Positions 41,098 to 53,500 of a DNA stretch of 64,000 nt are shown here, piece after piece; the first letter of the stretch is position 1; each line of letters opens with the position of its first letter. The notes beneath the pieces are model-generated. The model saw nothing but the letters and a program-made list of their open reading frames with translations, was not told where the DNA came from and ran no database searches. A program made the translations under genes and the position numbers. The stretch spans positions 68,820,001 through 68,884,000 of the forward strand of contig NC_043002.1 of assembly GCF_006345805.1 (NCBI RefSeq), written 5' to 3'. The DNA comes from Octopus sinensis. Lineage: Eukaryota.

Positions 41098-41472
41098 TAC
41101 TTCAACGGATATTTGTCCTCATCTTGTTTGTGGTTAACACAATGTTTCGGCTGATATACCCTCCAGCCTTCTTCAGGTGTCTTGGGGAAATTTCGAACCT
41201 AGGCATAGTGTTTAAGAGCGTGGGCTACTAACCCCAAGATTCCGAGTTCGATTCCAAGCAGTGACCTGAACAATAACAAAAATAATAATAATAATAATAA
41301 TAATAAAATTGAAAAAAAACCTTAGGACCCAGGTTCGAAATTTCCCCAAGACACCTGAAGAAGGAGGGTATATTAGCCAAAACGTTGTGTTAACAACAAA
41401 CAAAATGACGACAAATATCCGTCGAATGTAAATAATGTATATAATTCCTCATCTCTTAAATATAGAACTGTA
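41098..41472 (+). mobile_element. tRNA-head SINE with (AAT)n spacer and hammerhead-bearing tail, preceded by an inverted copy of that tail
   Basis: tRNA-like head 41201-41268 (B box GAGTTCGATTCC 41244-41255); tail 41330-41472; inverted tail 41098-41201. Confidence 0.7.
41137..41180 (-). ncRNA. Hammerhead-like variant (extra A after the core)
   Basis: ACAC-CTGAAGA-A-GGCTG(10 nt)CAGCC-GAA-ACAT-T-GTGT; the plus-strand sister at 41351-41390 keeps ACGT but has lost part of stem II. Confidence 0.55.
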
Positions 41473-42935
41473 TAATGTATACTTGCTGTGTACAGTAGTT
41501 AGGTGCACTGTTGAGATAAATCTTACAATAATTACAGTTGTTATTGTTTTGACAATTGCATTTTTACATATATGTACTTTACATGTTTGTTCCTGTCTGA
41601 ATGCAGTCATATATTCTCTGAGTATAGAAACTTCCTAAAGTCAGTCCTTTCTTTTTCATCTGTTTTACTTTGCTATCTTTCTTTTTAACAATATCCTTTT
41701 GAATGAGTGAGCCCATAATGTAGTGTTATGTGTGCCATAATGTTTTGGGTTCAGTCTCATTGCATGGCACCTTAGACCTGTATTTTCTACTATAGCCCTT
41801 AGCCATCTCAAGCCTTGTGAGTGGATTTGGTAGACAAACTAAAAGAAGCTTATTGCGTGTGTGTGTTTTCATGTGTTTGTGTATATCCCTCCCCTGTCTA
41901 GACATAATGTGATGTTTGTAACTGAGGTTGTTTGTTTCCAGTCTTCTGTGAAAAACATGTCTAGCTATGGGACAGTATTAGCTTATTTGGAAACAAAAGA
42001 GAGCTGGTGAGAGAAAGGGCACCTGGCTGTAGAAACTCTGTCTCCAGAAATTCATCTGACTGTTGCAAGCATGATAAAGTAGATGTTAAATGATGATGGG
42101 GAGGAAGAGGAAGGTTTGATTCTCATTTTAGTACTAAAATTTTGAAACAGGAACAATCAATTAGATCAACCTCTTGTAAATGGCAGCAGGTGCTTATCTT
42201 TTCATGGAGGGAAGGAGGATAGGAGGATAGGCAAAGCCAAAATTTGGCGGGAATTAAATTGAGAATATAAAGTGATGCAACTAGATGCCACAAGACTTTT
42301 TGTCTGACACTCTACTTATTCTGCCAATCCATAATAATGCAATCATATTAATAGTTTTGTAGCAATGAAAAATGCATTGGATATTGATTGAAACTTGAAG
42401 ACTTTGAGGAAGCAGAAACGGGCTACCTCCGAATTCTACATGTAGTTCAATAAAGCCTAATTGTTGTATCAAGGTTAGTTTTCTTTAATATAGCTACACT
42501 TAATGTCTTTTTAAAATGCTTCACTCAGCATTTTGCTATTAGGATGATAGTTATAAACAGTTGACCTATATTGAAAACATCAAATTGGTTCTGCCTAATA
42601 ATCATAAATATGTGCTGATCCCTGTAATTCTCAAAGTGTTGACCTGAATATAGCTGTAACTGCTGAAGTTCATTAACAGAATCTTGTATGTAAATAAGTT
42701 TGATCTTGAGAAACCTTAGTTATGTTTGTCAGCTCTCATCTCATTTTTCTAGTTTTGAAAGTGTAAAGTTACAAGAACATAGAAGAGTAAGAGACAGTAA
42801 CCTGTTAGACTCAGAAGGAAATATATATGTCTCTATACACACACATATGTAAGTGTGTGTGTATATATATATATGCGTGTGTGTGTGTATGTATAAATAT
42901 GTGTATATGTATATTTGTATAAATATATATGTATA

Positions 42936-44975
42936 TAATAATAATAATAATAATAGTGAAATTATTGTGTATAGCGTTCAGGTGCACTACAAGTCATCTA
43001 AGGTGCATGTACAGTACATAGAATTATGTACAAAAGTTAGGAAAGTGAACAGTGTATGAGTCATGATATACATGTGTGTATGTGTATGGAGGTGGGGAGA
43101 TATCAGGTGTAGTGTTGGCGAATTTCAGGAAGCATGGAAGTTTTAAAAGATGCAACGTCTCAGCTGATGCAGGTAGTTTGTTCCATGCTTTAGCAACTCT
43201 GAGTGTGAAAAAATGTCTCTGAAAGTCATGGGAGCTGTGCTGTTTTCTGACTTTGTAGGCATGCCCACACGTGTTAGACACATGGAGCTCAGAAAGGTGC
43301 TCAAGGTGGTTGCTGGCACAATGGTTAATAATTTTGTGGGTATTTACCAAGTCAGTTGCCAGACATCGGAGCTTCAATGTATCTTTGCCCAGAGAAGCAA
43401 GGTGTTCAGAGTATGGTAGATGCTTGATGGAGGGTATTCACTTGGTTGCACGTCTCTGAACAGTTTCTAGAAAGTCAATGCCCTGAGCAAGATAGGGGTT
43501 CCAGACTGGTGATGCAAATTTCAAGTGTTGCTGCACCATAGCCATATACAGCCTTATCTAGATAGCTGGAGAACGACTGACAAAGGTCTTGCTGAGTGAT
43601 GCCAAGACACACTTGACCTTCTTCACAATTTTATAGATATGCTTTGTCCAGCACAAACCGCTGCTGATGGTAATACCTAGGTCACATTCACAAGAAGACT
43701 TCTTGATATTAGTGTTGTGGAGAGAGTATGTGGATGCTGGGTTTTTTGTCCCAAAATGTGTGGTGGTTCACTTGTTCACAGCCATCTTGAGTTGCCAGTC
43801 TGTGATCCATTGTTGCATTGTTTTCAGGTCCGATTGCAGGAAAGATCTATAGTGTTCAGGATCTGTCCTTTTTATCTCAAGGTACAACTTGATGTCATCT
43901 GCTTATTTCAGCACTGTGGCATTCTTGGAGTTGGCATCTATGTCATTAATGTATGCAACAAATAAAAGGGGACCAAGAACAGATCCAAGAACCAGATGAC
44001 AAAAGGTGAAGAATGTTGTCCTAGAACTGTGACTGCCTCTTTTTGGCTGAGAATGAAAGACTCCAACCAGTTAAAAAGATCATATTTCACACCCATTGCT
44101 GAGAATTTTGCCATAAGTCTTTTGTGTGGCACAGAATTAAAAGCTTTAGCAAAGTCAAGGTAAACAACATCAACCCATGAGATGCCATCAGTGACCCAAG
44201 TGATGTCTTCAAGAAACTCAATAAGTCGATCACAGCAGCTGGAGTTAGGGATAAATCTAAATTGTGAGGGTTGGATAAGGCAGTAAGAATTCCAGAAGTT
44301 CCAGAGTGTTTCTCTGACACAGGATTCCATCAGTTTGGCAATGCAGCTGGTAAGACTGACTGGACGATAGTTGACAGGCGACGTATGGTCACTCTTTTCG
44401 AACTGAGAAATGACACTGGCAGTTTTCAACTGCTCCAGGTTTGCACTCTTGTTAAGACGGAACTGAAAGAAGAGCGACAGCTGGTGCAGAAGAAAGTACC
44501 CACCACATTTGAGAAGCAGGTATGTGACACCATCAAGACCAGGAGAGGCATAGTTACGCGTATTCTTAAGGTGACGTTGCAGCATTGCAGTTGTAAATTC
44601 CATAGTTGTTATGGAATTTGCTGTCAGGTGGAGGGGATGATGCATTTTGGTTTACGATAGTAAAAATACCTGTATAGCATCAGCAATGAGTTCTGTGCAT
44701 TCTTTGGGATCATTAGTAATCTGGATTGTGTGGGGATTGCAAAGAGGACCAACTGGAGAGTGAGGTCTCTACTTTGAACGTACTTATTTCCAGAACACCT
44801 AACTGTCAGGGTTGGTTGCTATGCACTGCTCTTTTTGTCACCTGCTCGAGGTGGTTGGATGATTTATTGCACTTTTTCCTGTTTATATCTGATTTATGCA
44901 GTTTGTATTCCTGTTCAGCATTACAACATTCTTTCTTGGCAAGTCTGACTACTGCAGTCTCCCAAATTGCACTTT
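42936..44975 (-). mobile_element. Degenerate CR1-clade LINE (reverse transcriptase and 3' end with (ATT)n tail)
   Basis: ORF 43938-44645: SPGLDGV...NYRPVSLTSCIAKLME...VDVVYLDFAKAFNSVPHKRL; downstream FFTLRVAKAWNKLP; (AAT)n at 42937-42955. Confidence 0.92.
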
Positions 44976-47082
44976 AGGGATATTTTTTGTGCTTATGTGG
45001 TGCTGATGCTGCACATGCTGTCCATATGTATTTATATATGCATGTGTGTGTGTGTATATATATATATATCTCATCATCATCATCAATATATATACAAACA
45101 CACACACATACACACACACACATATCCATATGCATATTCTTGTCGAATGTGTGTGTATATATAGATATGTGTGTGTGTGTATATGTGTATACATAAATGT
45201 TAAACAATGAGAATTAGTGTTCAACATCGCATTGGTGGATAAATTTTCTTTATTTGTGTTTTAAGGCTACCACTAGTTTCATGTTAAGAAAATATCTTAA
45301 TATCTTTACAATTTTTGTAGTCAATCACATGGTGGAATGTGTATACATATGTATATATATGTGTATGTGTAGATGTGAGAGATGAAGAATTCAGTGGAAG
45401 GGTGAGGGATAAGATCATGATAATTTTGCCTCAAATATGGGTACATTGATTAGTACATTCTAAACTGTTGTAAGATATATAACACTAATACTCAAGGATT
45501 TAAGGAATTCCTTATGTTAATAGATTTTGGACTGTGGGGGTGGGGTGGGAAGAATCAATAGAAACATCAATGGTACATAACTGAAGAAATGTTACAAAGA
45601 GAAAGGACAAAGGTAAGTTGTATTCTCTACTTTTATCATAGATTTCCTCTGTGATATGTAGCTGCAATGTTGTGGTTCTCTTGTACTTTCTGGCAGAAGA
45701 AACAGTTCTAGTAACAATTTAAGAATGATAGAGAAGTCTTTAGCGTTCCGTTGGCAGATTTTGAAAAGTTCTGTGAAGATTAAAGATTAAGTAACAGTTG
45801 GGCTTTTGATGAAAAGATTATTGATTCGAATGAATAGATAAACTGTATTATCAGGAAAGGCTATCTGTTAGGCCAGCTAGGATTGCTTAAACTTGTTATC
45901 TGTCTGTCTTTCTTTCTTTCTTCCTTTTACTTGTGGCCATGCTGGGGCACTGCTTGAAGAAGTTTTAGTTGAATGAATTCACACAGGCACTTATTTTTTT
46001 GTCAAGCCTGGTACTTATTCTATTAGTATCTTTTGCTCAACCACTAAGTTACAGGGATGTAAACACAGTGGCACTGGTTATCAAGTGGTGAGATGGACAC
46101 ACACACACACACACACACACGATGGGCTTCTTTCAGTTTCTTTCTACCAAATCTACTCAGTTTCTGTCTACCAAATCTACTCAGTTTCTGTCTACCAAAT
46201 CTGCTAAGTTGTGGGGGCATAAACAAACCATCACCAAATGTCAATTGTTATGGTGCATGAACACAAAAACATGCATGTACACAGACACAGACTCTCTCTC
46301 TCTCTCTTTTTGACATACACAAACCTAATGGGCTGCTTTCACACAGTTTCCATCTGCCAAACTCACTAATAAGGCAGTTGTTGGGCCAGAGATATAGTAG
46401 AAGACATTTGTCTTGGATGCTGCACAGTGGGATTGAACCTGAAACTTGTAAAGAAAGTTATTCAACTATGCAGTCATACCTGCATCATCATTATGAATGT
46501 GTGTGTGTGTGTGTGTGTATTCTTTTGATTTAATTTGCTTTGCAGGAAGGACTGTTTTAACAAAGTCACGTCTTTCCCTACCTTCGAAACACAGAATAGA
46601 TAAAACAGGGGACAACTGATGAAAGGAATGTTCTTTGCGGCCATGTTGGAGCACAACCTTTAGTCAAACAAATTGACCCCAGGACTTATTCTTTGTAAGC
46701 CTAGTACTTATTCTATCAGTCTCTTTTTGCTGATCTGCTAAGTTACAGGGATGTAAACACACTAATATCGGTGTCAAGTGATAGTGGGGTGGGGGTACAA
46801 ACACAGATACACAAGTACATACATACATTGTTTCTGTATTTGTTTCTTTCGTTGTTCGAAAAAAGTTCGTTTTTTATGTTTTTTGCTTTTTATGTTCTCA
46901 TTTCTCATTTTGTGGACGTTTTTTTGATGTCCTGTACCCATATATGCATGTATATATACATATATATATATATATATTATATATATATATATGTGGGTAT
47001 GTACATATATGTATGCATATATTTATGTATTATTTATATTATCATGATTGAATGCCATGCATCCATTTTCAAGTAAGTTTTA

Positions 47083-47140
<58 letters not shown>

Positions 47141-47147
<7 letters not shown>

Positions 47148-47858
47148 AAGACCAAAGTGTATGTATGCCACTATATTTTATATATAAAAAAATACAAAAA
47201 TTGGACAAGAACGCAAAACATTCAGACAGACGACACAAAGAAAACAATGATGGGCCACTCAGAGCCCTCCATTCTCAGTCGAGTTCCAGACTATCTTTGA
47301 AGTGGTATCGAGTGTAGCCGGCCGAGGTTGCAAAGATAGTCTGGAACTTGACTGGGGATGAAGGGCTCCAAGTGGCCCGTCCTTGTTTTCTTTGTGTCGT
47401 CTGTCTGGATGTTTTGTTGTCCCGTTTTTGTATCACTTAGCTGTCTGGATGTTTTGTGTTCTTGTCCCATTTTTGTATTTTTTATATATATATATAATAT
47501 ATATATATATATTATATATATATATATCAAAGACCAAAGTGTATGTATGCCACTATATTTTATATATAAAAAAATACAAAAATTGGACAAGAACGCAAAA
47601 CATTCAGACAGACGACACAAAGAAAACAATGATGGGCCACTCAGAGCCCTCCATTCTCAGTCGAGTTCCAGACTATCTTTGAAGTGGTATCGAGTGTAGC
47701 CGGCCGAGGTTGCAAAGATAGTCTGGAACTTGACTGGGGATGAAGGGCTCCAAGTGGCCCGTCCTTGTTTTCTTTGTGTCGTCTGTCTGGATGTTTTGTT
47801 GTCCCGTTTTTGTATCACTTAGCTGTCTGGATGTTTTGTGTTCTTGTCCCATTTTTGT

Positions 47859-47880
<22 letters not shown>
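47141..47880. repeat. Two tandem copies (~370-bp period) of an imperfect fold-back unit
   Basis: aaagaccaaagtgtatgtatgcc... recurs at ~47147 and ~47529; each unit has an imperfect inverted pair (cagacagacgacacaaagaaaacaa / ttgttttctttgtgtcgtctgtctg). Confidence 0.9.
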
Positions 47881-47895
<15 letters not shown>

Positions 47896-48185
47896 GACCA
47901 GGGGATATGGCAATTTGCCATACTTCATAAGACGTGTCAAGCTAAGTAAAATCACTGGCTTCCACAGATACAGGCTTCTCTTTTCAGGTGCCTGTGCCAC
48001 ATAAATGCACCCATGCCAGAAGCATGTAAAAAGTACCCAGCACACTCTATTAAGTGGTTGGCATTAAGAAGGGCATTCAGTCATAGAAACCATACCACAA
48101 CAGACAATTGGAGTCTGGACAGCTCCATCTCAAACTGTCTAACACATGTCAGAATGGAAAGTGGACATTAAATGATGATGATATA

Positions 48186-48388
48186 TGAGGGGGTGCTGAA
48201 AAGTTCCTGATTTTGGGTAAAAGAAAATACTGGATGATCAGTTAATTATGATTCTATTCAACATATTCACCTCTCAGATTCACACACTTCTTGCAGTGGT
48301 CCTTCAAATTTTCTAAACCCTGTAAAGAACTCAGAAGTTTGGGCCTCCAACCAGGCCTTTCAGGATATCTTTAAAACCAGCAACCCTT

Positions 48389-48390
<2 letters not shown>
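48186..48390 (-). mobile_element. Mariner-derived MITE (reverse orientation)
   Basis: Reverse complement of the same family; TA-flanked. Confidence 0.8.
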
Positions 48391-48421
<31 letters not shown>

Positions 48422-48665
48422 TTTTTTTCTTTTACTCTTTTACTCGTTTCAGTCATTTGACTGTGGCCATGCTGGAGCACCACCTTTAGTCAAACAAATT
48501 GACCCCAGGACTTATTCTTTGTAAGCCTAGTACTTATTCTATCAGTCTCTTTTTGCTGATCTGCTAAGTTACAGGGATGTAAACACACCAACATCGGTGT
48601 CAAGTGATAGTAGGGGGGGAGCACAAACACAGATACACAAGTACATACATACATACATACATATA

Positions 48666-48715
<50 letters not shown>

Positions 48716-49500
48716 AGGCTTCTTTCAGTTTCTATCTCCCAAATCCACCCACAAGGCTTTGGTTGGCCTGAGGCTATAGTAGAAGACACTTGCTTAAGGT
48801 GCCACACAGTGAGACTGGACCTGGAAGTGTGAGGTTGGGAAGCAAGCTTCTTACAATACAGCCACTCCTGCGCCTATATGTATGTATGTATATGGAGTTG
48901 TATAACTGAGAGAAATAGGATTAATCAACAAAATTCCCAGTATGAGTGATATTTTTAATTGAAAGTAAATACCAGCACAAATGATGTGAAATACTTCAAT
49001 CAGAGAATGAAGTCTTAGTTCTTTTCTGTAATAGCAGCAATGATTATAATTGAAAAAAGCTGACAAAACACTTATATATTTGACAATTAGCTGCAACAGC
49101 AGTTTTGCATTACTATCCATTAAACAATAGTATTAGCAGTGTCAGCAAGGGTTCTCTAAATATATACTGTCTTCATTATATTGAAGTATCAAATGTACTG
49201 TTATCCTTCATTGATAACTGAAGCTCTGACTTGTCCTTGACACACTTCAAATGGTGGGTCAAGATCCTGTCAACCTGGTAAACTTCATCATTCACTAATC
49301 TTCCGAATATGGGCCAGAAGTTACAAACATAAAGGGCAAGTGAAGTAAAATTTCCACCTGAGAATCGAACCTGTATCATAGATTTGGTGCTCTGGGTGCT
49401 TACTGCCACTCCACTCAGTATTGCTTCTACTAAGTAAGATATGTAAAACTGGTTTCTGAGAAGAGATTTTCCTTTTCTTCAGAAAACATGTAATACAGGA

Positions 49501-49956
49501 CAGTGATTCTCAACCTTGGCCCATATGACCTTGTGACTTTGTATAAGATTTTGTTGTTAAAATATATGTGCAATAAATTGGTTATATTTCAACAATGCAC
49601 AAAATATTTCAACAGTTTTTTTTCAGTTCTACATTTAAGAGATTAGGAATTATGTACATTCTTTACATTTGACGATATTTGTCTTCATCTTGTTTGTTGT
49701 TAACACAACGTTTTGGCTCATATACCCTCCAGCCATCCTGAAAACTGGAGGGTATATCAGCCGAAATGCTGTGTTAACAACAAACAAGATGAGGACAAAT
49801 ATCCGTCAAATGTAAATAATGTAGGGTTTTTTTTCAGACAATTCTTAATAATATTTAATTATAAAAATATTGTAGAATTATTTTTGTCATTAGGGTCCAG
49901 TTGAGAAAAATATAAATCAAAGTGGTCCATAGGCAAAAAATGTTTGAAAACCACTG
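49501..49956. mobile_element. hAT-type MITE
   Basis: TIRs CAGTGATTCTCAA / TTGAAAACCACTG; 8-bp TSD ATACAGGA / ATACAGAA (7/8). Confidence 0.8.
49624..49823. mobile_element. Fold-back of the same tail family, nested in a hAT MITE
   Basis: Arms ~49654-49732 and 49745-49823, 12-nt loop; sequence shared with 41365-41470. Confidence 0.8.
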
Positions 49957-50009
49957 ATACAGAACATCTTTGATAATTTTTTTAAAGATAAAACAAAGCA
50001 AGTTATATA

Positions 50010-50197
50010 AAAATAATACAGGTCAATGGTTAGTCTTATTACTTGTATTTCAATATTACAGTCTTGGGACACCTTCAGGAAACCTATTGAGAAAACGTGT
50101 TGTTAGGTGACTTCTCTGCTTACAACACCTTTTCTCCATAGATTTCCTGAAATATTGAAATACCAGGTAAATGTACTAACCATTGACCTGTAGTATT
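50010..50197. repeat. Imperfect fold-back
   Basis: acaggtcaatggttagt...tatttcaatat...caggaaacctattgagaaaacgtgttgt pairs with acaacaccttttctccatagatttcctg...atattgaaata...actaaccattgacctgt. Confidence 0.75.
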
Positions 50198-50243
50198 AAT
50201 TTTTGTAATTTGCTTTGTTTTGGCTTTAAAAGAAATAACAAAA

Positions 50244-50276
<33 letters not shown>

Positions 50277-50284
<8 letters not shown>

Positions 50285-50571
50285 AAAGGGCTTAGTAAAA
50301 TAAATTACTTTGCCGCATACTGAACTCATTAGAAATAGCAGCCAAAAAACTTTTTTAAAACTATTTCTAATACTTAAAGAAAACCTCTCTCATATAGTGT
50401 TTGCTCAATTCAACTCACTCCATATTTGCGTGAGTTGAATTGAGCAAACACTATATGAGAGAGGTTTTCTTTAAGTATTAGAAATAGTTTTAAAAAAGTT
50501 TTTTGGCTGCTATTTCTAATGAGTTCAGTATGCGGCAAAGTAATTTATTTTACTAAGCCCTTTTATATAAT
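50277..50571. repeat. Perfect-looking palindrome (142-bp arms, 11-nt loop)
   Basis: 50277-50418 is the reverse complement of 50430-50571. Confidence 0.95.
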
Positions 50572-53500
50572 GTAATAATTTGAATTCGCCTTAAATGGTC
50601 CCTTTGCATACTGAATACTTGGTGAAATTGATTAATTAATTAATTTTACCCTCAATTGTTGAAAATATATATATATATATATATATGGTTCATGAAAACT
50701 ATATTACTCTACTATAGAACATTTTGTTCTAGAGTAGCATCAAGAATTTAAAATTATTAAATTTCAGTGGTAACATAGCAATAATTGTATTTCAACTGAA
50801 ATTTCGTTAAAGTCAATTTAGTATTTTAACAAATAGAGTTGAATAAATGATTTAAGTTCTAAAACTTAAACCAAACAGTACACCTCATCCTTTACGACTG
50901 ATACCACCGTACGTGGAAAGTCTCTGACTGAATCAAACTTGTCTGTAGCTTGGGTGGGGTTCATGACTTTGAGTACCTGCAATGGCAACCTCAGGATAAC
51001 CCACTGTATACTGGTTCCATTTACAATTTGTAGTTAAAATATGCATCTTGCACTTGCCTATCATTATGGAAATTTACTCAATGAACCTGTTTGGCTCAGC
51101 AGAAAAAGATAAGCATGTGTTTCTGAGAGAATACTTACTACCAATTCAAAAGAAAAAATAACATATTGAGAAAAGCATGGAAATAAATTCACCTAAAGAA
51201 AAACTGTAGGAGCTTCCTTTGTAGATTAATCAGAATTGTGATAGGTCAAGACGTGTAGATAGAGGGTCTGACAATCTCACAGAAACAGGTTGAAGATACA
51301 AGTTGGTGGGAAAAAAACATGCTTATTTTGGTAAAAATAGATTGGAAGTTGTTCATGTGACTTTGTGTACATGTGTATGTGTGTGTGTATGCCTGCACAT
51401 GCACGTTTATGAGAAATGAATATATTGTTTTAAATGTAAAATAGAGGTTAAGTTGATGTGAAAATTTTGAAGACAATCATTGACTGTCAGATAGCCGTTT
51501 AGTTAACTTTGATTTACTTGGTTCATTTCATACTTCACCATGAATCTAAACTAGTTCACAACAATTCATTAGCTAATTTTAATTCTATGACCAGTCATTT
51601 TATTGTCTTTAATTGGAGAAACGCCTTTTCCTCTCATTTTGTATCTCATACTTGATCTACATATTTCCTGTATTTTCAGTTTTTAGGTCTCTCATCATTC
51701 TCCATTTTTTTTCCAAAATAATTCAAAGAAAGCTAGTGTATTTCAAAAGAAATATGGTAATAAAATGGCTAATTTCATGCTAGACCCTACAGTAAAGGAG
51801 TGGCTTTATCAATCACATAACTTTCTGATTTGATTACCTCATATTCTTCCAAATTACTTCATACTATATTAAATGACCAAAGGGATAAGACCAGATTCTC
51901 AGCTTCAGAGAGCGAGTTCATATTCCTTTTTCAGATGTCTTACATCTCTGGACTTCATATTTAATTCTATTGTTTACCCAAGTGGAAAGCAAGAAGCAGA
52001 ACTTCCAGAGACGGTCTGCATCTGTTAACCTCATAGAAATTAACATTACAAAAACTGAAGCTAAACATGAACCTTCTGAGTCTCTCTGCTTTATGAAGAA
52101 TCAACTTGGTTTTAGAATTAAATTTCTGAGTTTCTGTAGTAAATACTGTAGAATTGAAAATAAACTCTCAACAAGCCAGGTGTACAACTGTAGCTCAGTT
52201 ATGATTCCTAATAGTAGCCATTCTATTTCATATTTGTTGCTAACATACTCTTGATAAATCCATGAACATCACATGGCTCATGTCTTCTTGTATTCTTGAA
52301 AATCTAAAAGTAAGAAACCAAATTTTAGAAAATATATTAAACACAAGTGTACTAAGAGGGACTCAAATTCATTTCTGGAATAAGTTGGTATATTTACCAA
52401 TTATGATACCAACCCTATAAATTAAGCTTAGAAAAATTTTCACAAAATATCTTACATAAATATAACTGTCTTTTTTTTTAGCAGCTGTGGCGATTTAAGT
52501 GAAGAGAAATTATTATAAGCAGTAATTACAGACTTGGCTTACCAGAAGAGATTTGTCTATAATATGATGACATTGATGAGAAGCTGATAGAATGTCCTCA
52601 TTTATGTCTTCATTTATTGCTAATTCATCCCTTACTGATCCAGGATAATATGGCATGTTCTATTGCGAACCATGTTATGCTTTTTATGTATGGATCTTTC
52701 ATAACACAAGCCAATGATCAGTTAAATATACTGTTTGGTTTGTAAAAGCTCACCCCAGTAACCATCCACAATGTTCAGTCACCCCGAATGCACTCATTTT
52801 TACATCATCATGCAAGGCAGCTTTTTTTATATGAATTTACATACATGTACTCGTCAACAGGCCACCATTGGAAAGAAAAATTACAAAGGTGCCTGGTCCT
52901 AACAAATGATGTAAATGAGTGTATTTATTATTTACTAATCATATGTAATTAAATTTTACTCTAAGTATTATTCCAATCATGGAGCAATATTATTATGTGT
53001 GTTTATAAAAAAAAAAAAACTTTTTGGAATCTCAGAATGAAACTCCTTGTTTCCCATATGTTCTATAATCCATTTATTGCTTATTCATTCAACTCCATTT
53101 AAAAAAAAAATTTTGTAATGTCTGTAATAAATGAGGATAGATGGTACTTAGTTATGGTCCGTTAGATTCTGAGGTCAAATCTCATGAGGTCAAATTTGCC
53201 TTTAACTTTCTATCGTAGATAAAATACCATTCAAGTACAGAAGTTAGTTTAATAATCCTATAAAAAAATCCTGTGTGGTTACAGAATTATAATCAAAGGC
53301 TTATACAGCATAGTAATAATACTCAACGTAATCAAGCGTTTATTTGTAAAACTGTCTGCTGTATTACTTAATTGAATGGTTCTGTAGTCAATTCCTATCA
53401 AAGTTATTATAAACTTTGATTAGTTAGTAATTAACTATATTTGGTGCAACAGGGAATGTAGGTCAAGAAGTGTAATGCATTGCCCAACTGCAACAACCTG

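Noticed and set aside
41201-41268. Genuine tRNA gene (also 34953-35030 and ~49360-49410)
   Set aside because: Acceptor stem incomplete and followed by SINE body or tail; treated as SINE heads.
45520-45612. Plus-strand exon ending at a perfect AAG|GTAAGT donor
   Set aside because: All three frames from the plausible acceptor contain stops; the only open version needs a weak acceptor.
47345-47385. GGGATGAA-GGGC(tccaagtg)GCCC-GTCC as a hammerhead
   Set aside because: Stem II-like hairpin present, but both the CTGA and GAAA core halves are missing.
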